DNA from: the human T2T-CHM13v2.0 reference genome, Homo sapiens
Reading direction: 5' to 3' (one strand)
NCBI RefSeq assembly: GCF_009914755.1
Contig: NC_060935.1
Length of the DNA: 64,000 nt
Shown here: piece by piece, positions 1-17,940 of the stretch
How positions within the stretch are numbered: position 1 is the stretch's first letter
Layout of the letters: each line of letters begins with the position of its first letter
The notes under the pieces: generated by a model
Database searches by the model: none
Told to the model about the DNA's origin: nothing
What the model saw: only the letters and a program-made list of their open reading frames with translations
Position numbers and translations under genes: made by a program

Positions 1-339
1 TAATTTAAATGCCCTTTAATCTGGGCTAGTATTGTCCAATTAAGAAGTCTGTTAGGATGATAACACTTGGGTTTTTTAATACTTAGTGTGGTGAAGCAGA
101 TTTATTTTCTCCCCTTAGTATATTTATATTGAATGGTAAAGGTTATAGTTTAATTAAATAAGCTACACATTTCCTGTTTTCTTTTAAACCACTGTGCTAG
201 GAGTTAGATTCATTAAGAGTTGGACATGGTCTCTGTTCTTCAACACATTAGCGCAATGTGACTGTAATTCAAATTGGAGTTTGACACCCAAGTTTTATAT
301 CTAATTTAGGCAGCCTAACCTAGTTAACACAGATTGGTG

Positions 340-500
340 CTAGATCCTGGCTGACACCTACTAGCTGCGTGACCTCAGGTAAACTACTGAAGTTTTCTGC
401 ACCTCAGTTTTCTCAAATATAAAATAAAGATTATAATTGTTTTGAAGATTAAATTATATACATTGCACATAACAGTATCTGGCTTATAGTGTTATATGTT
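340..500. mobile_element. MIR SINE fragment
   Basis: MIR core gctgcgtgacctcaggtaa...cctcagttttctcaaatataaaa. Confidence 0.7.
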
Positions 501-619
501 TGCCAGTATGATGTTACACCCCCACAAATTGTGAAAGTTTTGTTTAAAAATATATTTTCCTGATTAAAAAAATTAATGCATGATCTTTATAGGAAATGTG
601 GGATATATAGAAAAGCTTA

Positions 620-929
620 TTTTTTTTTGAGATGAGGTCCCTTGGCCAAGATGGAGTACGGTAGCCCTAACATGACTCACTGTATCCTCAATCTCCTGGG
701 CTCGAGTGATTCTCCCACCTCAGCCTCCCAAGTAGCTAGGACTACAGGCATGTGCCACCATGCCTGGCTGATTTTTTTTTTTTTTTTTTTTTTTGGCAGG
801 GGAGTGAGGGTGGGGATGACGTCTCACTACGTTTCCCAGGCTGGTCTTGAACTCCTTAGGCTCAAGCGATCCTCCTGCCTCGGCCTCCCAAAGTGCTGGG
901 ATTATAGGTGTGAGCCACTGCACCTGACC
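620..929 (-). mobile_element. Alu (AluJ-like)
   Basis: Antisense dimer, poly-T start, ...gagccactgcacctgacc end. Confidence 0.9.
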
Positions 930-1004
930 AAAAAGCATTTTTTAAAAACTCATCTATCACCTCACCACTAATAGAACAGTGTTAGCATCTGGGCACATCC
1001 TCAG

Positions 1005-1200
1005 AGGCAGTCTTGCTTGCATTGTGGTTAAGAACATGGACTCTGAAGCCACCTACCTGGGTTCATTTTCAGGTCCCGCTGTTTACTAATCTCTGTTCAT
1101 CTCTCTCAGTTTCCTCATCTGTAAGATGTGGCTAATAGTACCCCTCACTTAGTGAGGATAAAAGATGCTAATATATGTAGAGCATCTAGAATAGGCGAGG
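1005..1200. mobile_element. MIR SINE
   Basis: gtggttaagaacatggactctgaagcc...ctcagtttcctcatctgtaa. Confidence 0.75.
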
Positions 1201-1401
1201 CAGAGGTAAGTGTATGTGTTTGTGTTGTTGTTGTTATTCTGTGTGTATGGCCAAAGTTTAAAGAAATTTCATCAGCCTCTGAAATAGAGAATATATATAT
1301 GGCACTCATGAGTGGTGCCGGCAGGCAAGAAGTGCTACAGGGGATAAACAAACATACACAAATATGTAATTTCCGTGACTGGCAGATGGCTGAAAGGCAC
1401 T

Positions 1402-1600
1402 AAAAAAAAATTAGCCGGGCGTGGTGGCATGTACCTGTCATTTCAGCTACTCAGGAGGCTGAGGGAGTTAGGATCATAAGAGCCCAGGAGTTCAAAGCTT
1501 CAGTGAGCCGAGATCACACTGCTGTACTCTAGCCTGAGGGACAGAGCAAGAATCTATCTCTAAAACGAAAATAAAAACACCAAATAAATAAAAATAAAGA
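1402..1600 (+). mobile_element. Alu right arm
   Basis: aaattagccgggcgtggtggc...gacagagcaag plus A-rich tail. Confidence 0.85.
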
Positions 1601-2069
1601 AGGCACTAGAGTGGAGAAAGGAAACTGAAGTAGAGCGGATGGAATCTTAGTTCCCCCTAGCTAACTGGAAAATAATTTCTTCCTGGGCAATTAGAAAAAA
1701 AAGTGAATAAATCTGTGGTTTAAAACTCAAGTAAAAGATAAGAATGTCTATATTGTGGGTAATAAAAAAAGATCCTATTACTCTAATTTCATTGGGACAA
1801 TGAATAAATTCCCACTTTAAATCTCAGCCAGAAAAGTAAGTAGAAATTCAATTGGCTACATTTTTTTTTCCTACGGAAAAACCCTTACTCTGATTTGCAA
1901 AACAGATAAATTAGAGAATGAGCATTCACAGCCTCGAGAGATTCCCTATTGACTTCCTATAAATAATAGCTTTTCCACAGTCAGGTTGGATTCCAGGAGG
2001 AATGTGATGATTGCCATGAGAGGCAAACACACATTATTTTAGGAGCCCAACCTGATGGATATTAATTGG

Positions 2070-2218
2070 TGTAGTGGGTTGAATATTGGCCCTCAAGTAA
2101 CCCCTGGTACTTAGGAATGTGACCTTATTTGGATCGAGAGTCTTTGAAGATGAGATAATCTTGGATTGAAGACAGACCTGAAATCCAATGACTGATGTTT
2201 TCTGTTGTTGGTGGTGGT

Positions 2219-2252
<34 letters not shown>

Positions 2253-2830
2253 AGACAGTGTCTCTGTCGCCCAAGCTGGCATGCAGTGGTGTGATCTCAG
2301 CTCACCGCAACCTCTGCCTCCCAGGTTCAAGTGATTCTCCTGCCACAGTCTTCCCAGTAGCTGGGATTACAGGCACCCGCCACCACGCCAGGCTAATTTT
2401 TGTATTTTTAGTAGAGACAGGGTTTCTCCATGTTGACCAGGCTGGTCTAGAACTCCTGACCTTAGGTGATCTGCCCACCTCGGCCTCCCAAAGTGCTGGG
2501 ATTACAGGCCTGAGCCACCGCGCCTGGCCTGATGTTCTTATAAGAGGAAGGAGAGAGAGTTTTAAGACATAGAAATGGGAGAAAGGCTATGTGAAGACAG
2601 AGGCCAAGGTTGGAGTGACAGGGCCAAGAATGCCCAGGATTCCCAGCAGCCACTGGGGGCTGGAAGGGGCCAGGCGGGATGCTCCCTTAGAGCCTTTACA
2701 GGCCGCACAGCCCTGCCTACACCTTGGTGTTGCTCTTCTGGTCTCCAGAGCTATGAGAGAATAAATTATGGTTGTCTTAAACCACCAAGTTTGTGGTAAT
2801 TTGTTGTGGCAGCTTTAGGAGATGAAAACA
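2070..2830 (+). mobile_element. MaLR solo LTR (MLT1B/C-like) split by an Alu
   Basis: TG..CA ends; gaatgtgaccttatttgg, gagagaataaat and ccaccaagtttgtggtaatttgtt MLT1 hallmarks. Confidence 0.85.
2221..2529 (-). mobile_element. AluS inside MLT1
   Basis: Full antisense dimer, TSD ctgatgtt. Confidence 0.93.
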
Positions 2831-3174
2831 AGGCATAATTTGAAGTTGTCAATGGGAAAATTATTTTATGTACATATGCAAAAATATATTTGCTAAGACT
2901 AATGCGTCTATTATGTGAAACCAAGTAAGCAATGTTAAAATTTTATCCGCAGTAAATGTGGGGTTGGAGAAGTCAAAGATACCATTTTAGATATCAGCAA
3001 TCCTGATGGGTATAATAAAATGACCCTTTTTATTTGGAAAATTTGAAGACTGAATATGGTTATTAAATTTGCCATTGGAGAATAACTAGAAATCTAAAAG
3101 TGATACAAGTAAGTCTCATTTCCTATTAATACAAAAAAGTTTATTGCAGTTTCTCCTTAAAAATAGTTACTGGT

Positions 3175-3480
3175 GGCCGGGTGTGGTGGCTCACACCTGT
3201 AATCCCAGAACTTTGGGAGACCGAGGTGGTTGGATCACTTGAGGTCAGGAGTTTGAGACCAGCCTGGCCAACATGGTGAAATGCCATCTCTACCAAACAA
3301 TACGGAAATTAGTTGGGTGTGGTGGTGCGTGCCTGTAGTCTTAGCTGCTCAGGGAGGCTAAGGTGAGAGAACTGCTTGAACGAGGTGAGCAGAGGTTGCA
3401 GTGAGCTGAGATTGCTCCACTGCACTCCAGCATGGGCGACAGAGTGAGACCCTGTCTCAAAAAAAAAAAAAAAAAAAAAA
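3175..3480 (+). mobile_element. AluS
   Basis: Full dimer, poly-A, TSD agttaYtggt. Confidence 0.93.
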
Positions 3481-4574
3481 GTTATTGGTAGTCTGACCTG
3501 ATGCTGTCCTATCCCAGTATCTCAGTCACACCCAGCATTTATAATTACCTGGAAACCATGCTTTGTTTTTGTATTGCTGCTAACATTTCTGATACAAAGC
3601 TAGATGATTATTCAGATCTTAGGTCTGAAATTTATACTTCCTGTGTTGAGGTCTCAACAGTAGACTTAAAGATGCTCATTCATATCCCAGAATTCTTCTT
3701 TACAAGGTGGAAGATCTTTGAATAGGTAGCTATGATGTGACGTGTATTGTTATTTGAATCAAAGTCTTCTGGTTTCAAACAGTAAGATAATGGTATTTTC
3801 TGTCTGTGAAGTCCTTTATCAGGAATGTCTAAGGATTATTTTGTTTTCTCTTCCTGAGTGCAGCTGTTTGTTTCTAAAGCAAAATATAGGTCTTGCCTTG
3901 AGGTGGGATAGATAGGGAGATCAGAGAAAGATGGAATTATCTCTGGTCAAAAAACCCCAGCTGATTATACAATGCTTTAAAATGTACCATTTAAAGGTAA
4001 AATAGCAAGTTGTTTCGGCCTCTGTGACCTATTTTTAAAAAATGTTAATTGTCTTTGTAGATAAAGACATCTTGAGTCCAAATTGCAGTTTTCTTACTCT
4101 GTTTAAGCATTGTAAGACTGTCAGAAGCTGAACTTTGTGGGAGGGGAGTCAAGTGAGGAGAGAATGCAAGTAAGAAAGGAAAAAGAGTGAAATCACAAGT
4201 TGGTGTTTCCCGTCCTGGCTTTTCGGTTCATGGGAAGTGGCAGAATCTGGATTTAATGCCTCCATAATTGGGAAAAAGAGCAGAAATCTTCATATTTAGT
4301 CTCTGGGTATTACTGTGCAGCTTTCGAACTCTACAGAGTTAATGATTTCTTCCATGTGCGTTTTTCAGTTCATCACTCAAGTCTCGTTACAGAGGAGATA
4401 CAGATCAACTCCTGATCTATATGATTTCAAAAATAGCACAGTGACCCTGGGGTAATGATATGGTAGGACATAATTGAACCTTTCTGGGCACTTGTGTGCT
4501 ATGTCATTTGTCCTGTATGTAGTTCTAGAGTGACATCAGATCTATTAAAAAAAAAATTTTTTTCATTTGTGAGT

Positions 4575-4690
4575 ATAGTCCCAGCTACTGGGGAGGCTGA
4601 GGCAGGAGGATCCTTTAAGCCCAGGAGTTCAAATCCAGCCTGGGCAACATAGTGAGATCACTGTCTCTTAATACATATATATATTTTATA
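4575..4690 (+). mobile_element. Alu monomer (FAM/FLAM-like) with (TA)n tail
   Basis: tagtcccagctact...gcctgggcaacatagtgaga. Confidence 0.85.
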
Positions 4691-4704
4691 TATGTATTAT
4701 ATAA

Positions 4705-4875
<171 letters not shown>

Positions 4876-5219
4876 TAACAGTTTTAAAACATTGTTTATA
4901 GTTTGTTGACATTACATTCAGGTCCCCCTTCACATCTCTTCCCTATATTCTCAGGTGAAACTTCACTTCTCTCTTAACAGGGAATCCTCAGAACCACAAG
5001 AGATCTTAGAGAACATGTGGTCCCAACATCTTAACAAGCTGTGCTAGAAATTGAGTTGGTGGCCTTACTGCTGGCCAGTGTGGAGACCAAGCTGCAGGTA
5101 CAGGTTCCTTCTGCTGTACAGCATGCCCTTTATTGCAGCTTGAAATCTTGTCCTCTGTCCTCACTTTCATCTGCAACTGATTGTCTTCCTAAGAAGGAAA
5201 GATCCTTTAGTCAAATGTT

Positions 5220-6664
<1,445 letters not shown>

Positions 6665-7445
6665 TAAAGTTTTACTCTATATGTATTTCCCTGCACAATT
6701 AATCGTTTATTTTTGCTTGGTTTTGAATTTGATATAGTACAATATTATAGGTAGTCTTCTGCAGCTTAAGCTTAGTTCATTCACTTTCATTGCTGGATCG
6801 CTTTTGATTGTGTGAATTTACAGGTTTGTCTACTCCTCTGACAGTGTACACTTGGGTTCTGATGAGAACAGTGCAAATATTGTCTAGTATATAAGGAACT
6901 TATAATGGGCCAGGCAGTGTTCTCAGTGCTTTTATATATATGGGCACTAAGAGCAACCCTATGAGTTGGTATTATTACGATGCTCATTTTTCAGATGAGG
7001 GAGCAGAGGCATAGGAAGATGAGTAACTTACCCTTGTCATCTGGTAATGAGTGAAATTGCTGGATCATGGACTTCACATATGTTTAGCCTCAAAAGATGA
7101 TGCCTAATAGTTTCTGAAGTGATTGTACCAGTTGATACTCCCACCAGCAGCATATGAGTTCCCATCGTGCCGCATCTTCACACACACCTCGTTTTGCCAA
7201 ATTTGTGGGTGTAAAATGGTATTTTGATTTCAATTTGCATTTCCCCGATTCCTAATGATTTGAGCATATTTTTGTATATTTATTATCCATTAGTGTTTCC
7301 TCTTCCGGAAACATGGAGCGTCTGTTCATGTCTTTTGCCCACTTTTCCATTGATTTGTCAGTCTTTTTCTTACTGACTTATAGTTCTTTCCCTTTGTCAG
7401 TATTAGGAGTTTCAGTCTTCTCTGGGTTCATGGCTTTGGCTTGTC

Positions 7446-7611
7446 TTTTTTTTTTTTTTTTTTTTTTGAGACAGGGTCTTACTCTGTGATCCAGGCTGGA
7501 GTGCAGTCATAGCTCACTGCAACCTCGAACTTGAACTCCCGGCCTCAACTGATCCTCCCACCTCTGCCTCCCAAAGTACTGGAATTACAGGCATGAGCTA
7601 CCACAGCTGCC
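7446..7611 (-). mobile_element. Internally deleted Alu
   Basis: Alu 3' and 5' ends joined, TSD ctttggcttgtc. Confidence 0.85.
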
Positions 7612-8076
7612 TTTGGCTTGTCCTTTGAGTCTCTTTTTGGTGTCTCTTGATGAATAGAAATTCCTAATTTTAATATAGTTGGATTTCTCATTGTTTTCAA
7701 TGTCTTATTTTTAGAAATCTACTCTTACCTCAGAGTCATAAAAATATTGTCCAATATTCTAAAATTTTGCCTTTCACATATAAGTATTTAAGCTACATGA
7801 AGACTATTTTTATGTATGGTGTGAGGTGTGGATCCAACTTTCCTTTTTTGCATTTCATAGTTTATTTTTTTTCCCAGTTATTGAAATACTGCCTTTTTCT
7901 TATATTGTTTCTGCATGATTGTGGGATTATTTCTGGGCACTCTATTCTGTTTCATTGATCTTTTTGTTGTTCCTTCACTAATACCATAGTGCTTCAACTA
8001 CTGTTTCTTTACAGTAAATCTAGATACCTGATAGCCTAATTTCCCCACCTTGTTTCTTTTCTTCAGGAGTGTCTTA

Positions 8077-8314
8077 CAGTGGTGTGATCATGGCTCATTG
8101 CAACCTCAACTTCCCAGACTCAAGCAGTCTTCCCACCTCAGCAACCCAAGTAACTGGATGCCACCACCATGCCTGGCTACTTTTTAAAAATTTTTTGTAG
8201 AGATGGGGTCTCGCCATGTTGCCCAGGCTGATCTTGAACTCTGGGCTTAACTGATCTGCCCACCCTGGCCTCCCAAAGTGTTGGGATGACAGGCATGAGC
8301 CACCATGCCTGGCC
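8077..8314 (-). mobile_element. AluJ, partial
   Basis: Antisense Alu lacking tail. Confidence 0.85.
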
Positions 8315-8539
8315 TGCTCCTCCTTATAAATTTTAGAATTAGCATCTGTGGAAAATCCTGTTGGAATTTTGATCGGTGTTGTATTAATTTTTTATATCAA
8401 TTTGGAGGAGAATCAACGTATCAATGCTAGAGTGTCTCTTGTGCATGAACATGGCATCTCTTTTGTCTTACAATGACATTTGTATACGTACAGTATAACT
8501 TACAACTCCATGCAGGTCTTGCACATCTTATGGAGCGAG

Positions 8540-8800
8540 ACAGTGTAGAGACAGCGTAGAGTAGTGGTTTTAAGAGCAAAGGCTTCGGAACCAGGCTGCC
8601 TGGTTTCAGTCCTCACTTAGCTGCTTACGGTGTCATCTTGGGTTTCAATCCTGTTGGTTTCAATCCTCACCTAGCTGCTTACAATGTCATCTTGGGCAAG
8701 TCAGCCTCTCTGTGCCTCATTTTCCTCATCTGTAAAATAGGCGCTAATATTTCTACTTCATAGGGGCATATAGTAAATGCTCAGTTGTTGGTAGCTGTTG
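8540..8800. mobile_element. MIR with internal 42-bp duplication
   Basis: ttgggcaagtcagcctctctgtgcctcattttcctcatctgtaaaatagg core. Confidence 0.8.
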
Positions 8801-8852
8801 CTATTATTTTGTTTTATCCCTAGGTGTCTTATTTTTTGTTGCTTCCTAAATA

Positions 8853-8853
8853 G

Positions 8854-8890
<37 letters not shown>

Positions 8891-8892
8891 AT
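8853..8892. repeat. (TA)n(TG)n microsatellite
   Basis: Seen directly. Confidence 0.9.
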
Positions 8893-9487
8893 ACATTTAC
8901 ACACATTTACATTTTTTAATTTTACATTTTTAAATTCTTTGTTGCTGGTGTTTAGAAATGCATTTGAGTTTCAGAAATCTAGCAACCTGGTTAATCTCTC
9001 ATTAATCCTAATAATGAGAATTCTTCTGGATTTCCCAAATGGGCTATCATAAATCAACCTGCAGATAATGGCTTTTGTTTCTTCCATTTCAAACTTCATA
9101 TTTTTATGTCTTTTTTGTTCTTTTACTGAGCTGGTCTTTTTTTGCTTTTAGCTGAACAGCCTTCTCAAATAGCTAGTCTTGACAACAGTATAACCTTGAA
9201 TAAAAGTGGGACTGGTGAACACCTTGTCTTATTCCTAGTTTTTAAGAGAACATTCTAATGTTTCACTATTAAAGTGTTTGCTGTAGATTTCTGATGTGTA
9301 TCTTTTATGTCAAGGAATGTATTCTATTCCAAGTTTGCTAAGAGGACTTATCATAAATGGATGTTGAGTTTTACCAAATGCTTGATATAAATCTGTTGAA
9401 ATGATAATATATTTTGTCCTTTAATCTGTTAATGATGAAGATTACAGGCATTGGTTTTCTAATGTTAAAGCATCTTTACATTCCTGA

Positions 9488-9826
<339 letters not shown>

Positions 9827-10764
9827 TATTTTTTAAATACATTATTTGTTTTGCTAATATTTTGTTTTAAAATTTTTCATTACTGATCATAAAAGAGATT
9901 GGCTAATTATTTTTCTTTCTTGGGTACTGAGGTTATGTTAATTTTATGAAATGAATTGGAAAGTGTTTCCTCCTTTTGATCCTCTGGAAGAATGTATATA
10001 AGATTAAAATGATATTTTCTTTGAACGTTTGGTAGAATTTGCCTGTGAAGATAATCTGGACTTGGTGTTCTCATTTTCAGAAGAGTTTAAACTACTGACC
10101 ACTGTCTTTAATAGTTGTAGAAACTTTCAGGTATTCTCTAGCTTCCTTAATAATTTCTGTTAAATTATATGTTTCTAGAAATCTACCTTTTTCATCTAAG
10201 TTTCCAGCTTTACTTGCATAAAGTGGTTTGTGGCATAGTGTAGTCTTATGAATCTTCGCTTAATCTGGAGTATGCTCCTTGAAAAACAATTCTAGGTTTC
10301 TAGATTTTATTAGCCTCTTAAGACTAATATATATATGCTTTCTATTCTGTGAAATTTGCTTTTATCCTGCTTTCTTTTAGATTTTTAGGCTTATTTGGCT
10401 GTCCCTTTATTTTTTACTTCTTAATGGCTGCTTAATTCATTAATTTCAGCATTTCTTCTTTTCTCATATAACTACTTAAAGCTGTTGTTTCCTTTAAAAA
10501 ATAATAAAATAAAGTTTCCCCTAATACCTGCTTTAATGGCATAGCAAAGTTTTGATACGTCATATTTTAGTGTTTGGTTCTGAATATTATCTGATTTATA
10601 TTATAACTTCTTCTTTGACCCATGAGTTCTTTACAGGGTTGTTTTTATACTTTCAAATGCATTATCTTTAAAGTTATCTTCTTATTACTGATTTCTAATT
10701 TAATTGCATTTTAATGAGAAAAAGTAGTTCTCATATTACTGATTCTTTGAAATTTATTGGTAAA

Positions 10765-11038
10765 GGCTGGGTGGGCATGGTAACTCATGCCTGTAATCCT
10801 GGCACTTTGGGAGGCTGAGGCAGGTGGATAGCTTGAGTCAAAGAGTTCGAGACCAGCCTGGGCAACATGATGAAACCTCATCTCTGGAAAAAAAAAAAAA
10901 AAAAAATTTGCAGGGTGTGGTGGCATGCACGTTAGTCCTAGCTACTTGGGAGGCAGAGATTGCAGTGAGCCGAGATTGTGCTACTGCACTCCAGCCTGGT
11001 TGACAGAAAAAAACCCTGTCTCAAAAAAAAAAAAAAAA
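10765..11038 (+). mobile_element. Alu with deletion in right arm
   Basis: ctacttgggagg joined directly to cagagattgcagtgagc. Confidence 0.9.
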
Positions 11039-11626
11039 GGAAATTTGTTGGTAACTTACTTTATACCTAAATACAAGATCAGTTTTTCAAAACATTCTAT
11101 GTATGTTTGAAAAGATTGTGTATTCTCTTGTTGTGGGGTTCCGGATTTCATGTGTTCGTTTGAATATTGGTAATGTTAGCATTTTTTTCTGTTTAATTAT
11201 CAATTACTAAGAGAGGTATGTTAAAATATGCCCCTCTGATAAGTAAGCTTGTCACTGTCTTATACTTTTGTCAGTTTTTGTGGTATTTATTTTTAAGACA
11301 TTTTATTAAGTTTATATAGGTCTAGAATTTTCTTCCTGATGATTCTCTCTCTAGTAATTCTATTTTGTCTAATATTATCTATTCCAGCTTTCTTTTGATT
11401 ATTATATATCTGGTATAACTTTCTAGTCTTATTCTAGGTGAATCTTATGAAGAACATATAAGTAGGTTTTGTTTTATAAATCTAATCTATATCTTTTACC
11501 TTAGGAGTTTAATATATTTATACTTACTGTGGCTATTGATATCCATAGGTGTTTTTTTCTGCCATCTTAACTTATGCTTTCTATTTGTTCTTTTTTTGGG
11601 GGGGCGGTGTCTCTATTTCTGGATGA

Positions 11627-11991
<365 letters not shown>

Positions 11992-12355
11992 TCATTCCAT
12001 TTTTCTAAACTATGCATTCGAAAGATAGACATTCAACTTTTATTTTCTTAGTTTACTCTCAAGCTTTGAATGTGAATACTTAAGAGTTTAAAGTTAGTCA
12101 ATTTCCATTCTCTTCTGAAACAATTAAAGGCCCTAAAAAATGCTTTAATTCAGTCAGTTCCTCCCACCACGCTTGCCGTACCGTTTACTGTGCGTAAATC
12201 AGACATTGCCATTCTTGTTTTATAAAAGCAATGTTTGTTTAAATTTCCCTATATTTTTACAGTTTTCTTTGTCCATCATTTATTTTTCTATCCTTGATCT
12301 TCTTTCTGGGACCTTTCCTTACTTTTACGGTATATCCTTAAGACACTTCATGAAA

Positions 12356-13144
<789 letters not shown>

Positions 13145-13194
13145 TTAGTGAGAGTATTCTGGTAGTAAACTCTGTTTTTATCTTAAAATGTTTT

Positions 13195-13346
13195 TTGATT
13201 TTGGTTTTTTTTTTTTGTTTTTTTTTGTAGAGACAGGGTCCTGCTATGTTGCTCAGTCTGGTCTTAAACTCCTGGGCTCAAGCAATCCTCCCACTTCACC
13301 CTCCCAAGGTGCTGACATTACAGGCATAAGCCACCACATCCAGCCA
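13195..13346 (-). mobile_element. Alu left monomer
   Basis: Antisense monomer. Confidence 0.85.
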
Positions 13347-13519
13347 TCTGAAAATGTCTTTAATTAATGCCCATTCCTAAAATATATTTTATCTATATAT
13401 ACAATTCTGTATTCACAATTATTTTCTTTCAGCATATTGAAGACATTTTTTATTTTCTTCTGAGTTCCATTATTGCTGTTAAAAGTCCATTGTCAAATAA
13501 AAGACTTGTATCTAGACTA

Positions 13520-14238
<719 letters not shown>

Positions 14239-14980
14239 TCAAAATCATTAGTCGCTTGAGAAAGGCAAATTAGTCACGAGGGAAATCCAAATTAAAACCA
14301 CATTAAATAAAATAACAAAAAAATCAAAAAACCATAATAAGATAACACTTACTGAATGACCTTAATCAGAAAAGCAGACAATAATAAATGGTGGTGAGGA
14401 TATAGAGAAACAAGAACCCTCATACATTGCTGGTAGGAATGTAAAATGGCATAGCCACTTTGGAAAATACTTTGACAGTTTCATAAGAAGTTAAACATAA
14501 ATTTACCATATGACCCTGCAATTCCAGTGGTAAATATACACCCAGGAGAAATGAAAGCTGGGTCCAAAACATTCAAAGACTTGTATGTTCATAACATCAT
14601 TATTCATTAAAACTAAAAAGTGGAAACCACTCAAGTGTCCACCAACTTGTAAATGGATAAATAAATATTATTCACCAATAAAATGAATAAAATACTGATG
14701 CATGCTACAAATGGGTCAGTTTCAAAACATGTTAAATGAAAGAAGCCAGACATGTTGTATTGTCCCTTTTGTATGCAGTATCCAGAAAAGACAGACCTAT
14801 AGAGATGGAGACATGATTGGCTTCCTGGGAGGGAATGGAAATAGGGATTAACTATAAATGGGCACAAGGGGTCGTATTTTGATGATGAAAATATCCTAGT
14901 ACTGTATTGGGGTGATGGTTGCACTATCTAACAAATTTATTGAAGAGCATTGAATTGTACGTTTAAAATAGGTGAATTTT

Positions 14981-15315
<335 letters not shown>

Positions 15316-16185
15316 TTAAACCAATACGGTTTTGTTTTTGTTTTGTTTTGTTTTGTTTTAAGTCGTCAGTCTGGGTGCTTCTGTCTTTTTCTCAGGCAGC
15401 TTTTAAGTCTTCTTTGTCTTTGGTATTCTACAGATTCACAGTAATATGTTTGATTGTGGATTCATTTTTCTTTACCCTCCCTTTGAATTTGTTGGGCTTT
15501 CTAAAATGTGACAGTGGGTGGCTTTGGTAAATTCTGGAAATTTTTTTGCCATTGGCCCTTTGAATAATGCCCCTCACCTGTTCTGTCTATTTCCTTGGAG
15601 ACTCATTGCATCTAGATTAGATTTCAGCTCTAACTTCTCTGTTTTCTAGGTCTAACTTTTCTTTTACACTTTCACTGTCACTTTGCTACGTTTTGTGTAA
15701 GTTGTGATCTGTCTTCCACTGTACAAACTCCATCAGTCCCAGTGGCCTTTAGGGGACATGGAGTGTGCTTATCGCTTCCCATACATAGGTCACGGGCTTT
15801 ACTTCTGGAGCCAGGGTGGTGTCACCTTCTCCAGGACCAAGTGGATTTCCACAAACCATGTTGGGGAGGGGTGTGAATGGCAATCACATATACTGATCAT
15901 TCAACCCAGAAACCTGAGCGTCGTCTCTGATTTTTCCTTCTCTACTCTTGGCATCCTGTAGGTTGAAATATCACAGGGTTGATTCCGCTTTCTAAATGTT
16001 TCTCAGATTGAATTTTTTTCCTTTTGATCTCAGTGACCACATTCCAGGTTCAGGAATTCATCATTTCTCACCTGGACAGTTACAGTAACTTCCTAACTCT
16101 TCTTGTCTTTATACTCACCAGTTCCAATCTACTCCACACACTTTGACCAAAGTGGACTTTCCAAAAATATAGACATTATTTCCTT

Positions 16186-16441
16186 CATTTTTAAAAATTT
16201 CAACTTTTCTTTTAGATATAGTGGATACATGTGCAGATTTGTTGCATGGGAACATTGTGTGATGCAGAGTTTTGTAGTACAAATCCCGTCACCCAGGTAG
16301 TTATCATAGTACCCAATAGGTAGTGTTTTAAACAAACCACCCCACCTAGCTCCATCTCTGGTAGTCTGCAATGTCTGTTGTTCCCATATTTATGTACATT
16401 TGTGCTCAGTATTTAGCGCTCACTTATGTGAGAACATGCAT
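16186..16441 (-). mobile_element. Old L1P 3'UTR fragment
   Basis: gatacatgtgcagatttgtt...cccgtcacccaggtag...cacttatgtgagaacatgc. Confidence 0.8.
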
Positions 16442-16526
16442 TTTAGTTAAAGAGAGTATATCTGCATTTTAATGTTACTCCCCTGTCTAAAATCCTTTAA
16501 TTTCTATGTCCCAGCATAAGATCCAG

Positions 16527-16887
<361 letters not shown>

Positions 16888-17387
16888 TGAACATGATGTT
16901 CTCTCTGACTGGAATGATCTTCCCCCTCCCTGCCAGGTGAGCTCCGACTCATCCTTATTTTCTGTGAAGCCTCCTCTTACTCCCCAGGAAAGACGTCAGA
17001 CACTCCTTTGCATTCCATAGTAACTTGCATATGTCTCAAGTAAAGCACTTATAAGTTAGGCTGTTGTTTGCATGCCATTCTCACTAGACTGAGGATGCTC
17101 TGAGGTCAGGGATCGTTCTTGATTTACTTAGCTCCATCCCTGTTCCTTCATTTGTCTTTTTCAACAGTGGCTGTCTATCCCAGGGCTACTGGTAGTTCTT
17201 TTTCAAGTCTGTTTTGGGCAATGCAAGGATAGCAAAAAGGAAAAGGAAGATTTCTTAGAAAGGGGAAAGGATCTCCAGGTTTAAAAATACTTTCAGAAAT
17301 GTTCTGAGAGGAGAAATTTGTGTTAATTTTTGTGAGAGCATATTACTAAACAGCAGCCTCCTCTCCCCAAATTGAAAGTGGTGCATC

Positions 17388-17604
17388 CACCACCTCCCGG
17401 GTTCAAGCGATTCTCCTGCCTCAGCCTCCCAAGCAGCTGGGATTACACCATGCGCCACCATGCCTGGCTAATTTTGTATTTTTAGTAGAGACGGGGTTTC
17501 TCCATGTCGGTCAAGCTGGTCTCGAACTCCTGACCTCAGGTGATCTACCCGTCTTGGCCTCCCATAGTGCTGGGATTACAGGTGTGAGCCACTGCACCCG
17601 GCCA
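17388..17604 (-). mobile_element. AluS lacking 3' end
   Basis: Antisense partial dimer. Confidence 0.88.
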
Positions 17605-17718
17605 AAATAGATAATTTCTGTATTTCAGCTAGACTTTTCAGTTGTTCTTGGCAGGTGTGCTGATTTGCTGCACCTACTCTATCCTTCTATTAAAAGTCCA
17701 CCTTCTCTTCCTGTAAGG

Positions 17719-17940
17719 TTTTTTTTGTTTTGTTTTGTTTTTGAGACTGGTCTTGCTCTGTCATCCAGGCCCAACTGTAATGGTGCGATCATAGCTCACT
17801 GTAGCCTTGACCTCCTGGGTTCAAGCAATCCTCCCATCTCAGCCCTGCAAGTAGCTGGGCCCACAGCTCTCACACCACCATGCCCAGCTAATTTTTAATT
17901 TTTTTTTGTAGACACGGGGTCTCACATTGCTGTCCAGGCT
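17719..17940 (-). mobile_element. AluJ, partial
   Basis: Antisense right arm plus part of left arm. Confidence 0.85.

Noticed and set aside
3707-3725. Possible 19-nt micro-exon (AAG acceptor, GTAGCT donor)
   Set aside because: Both splice sites weak; no other support
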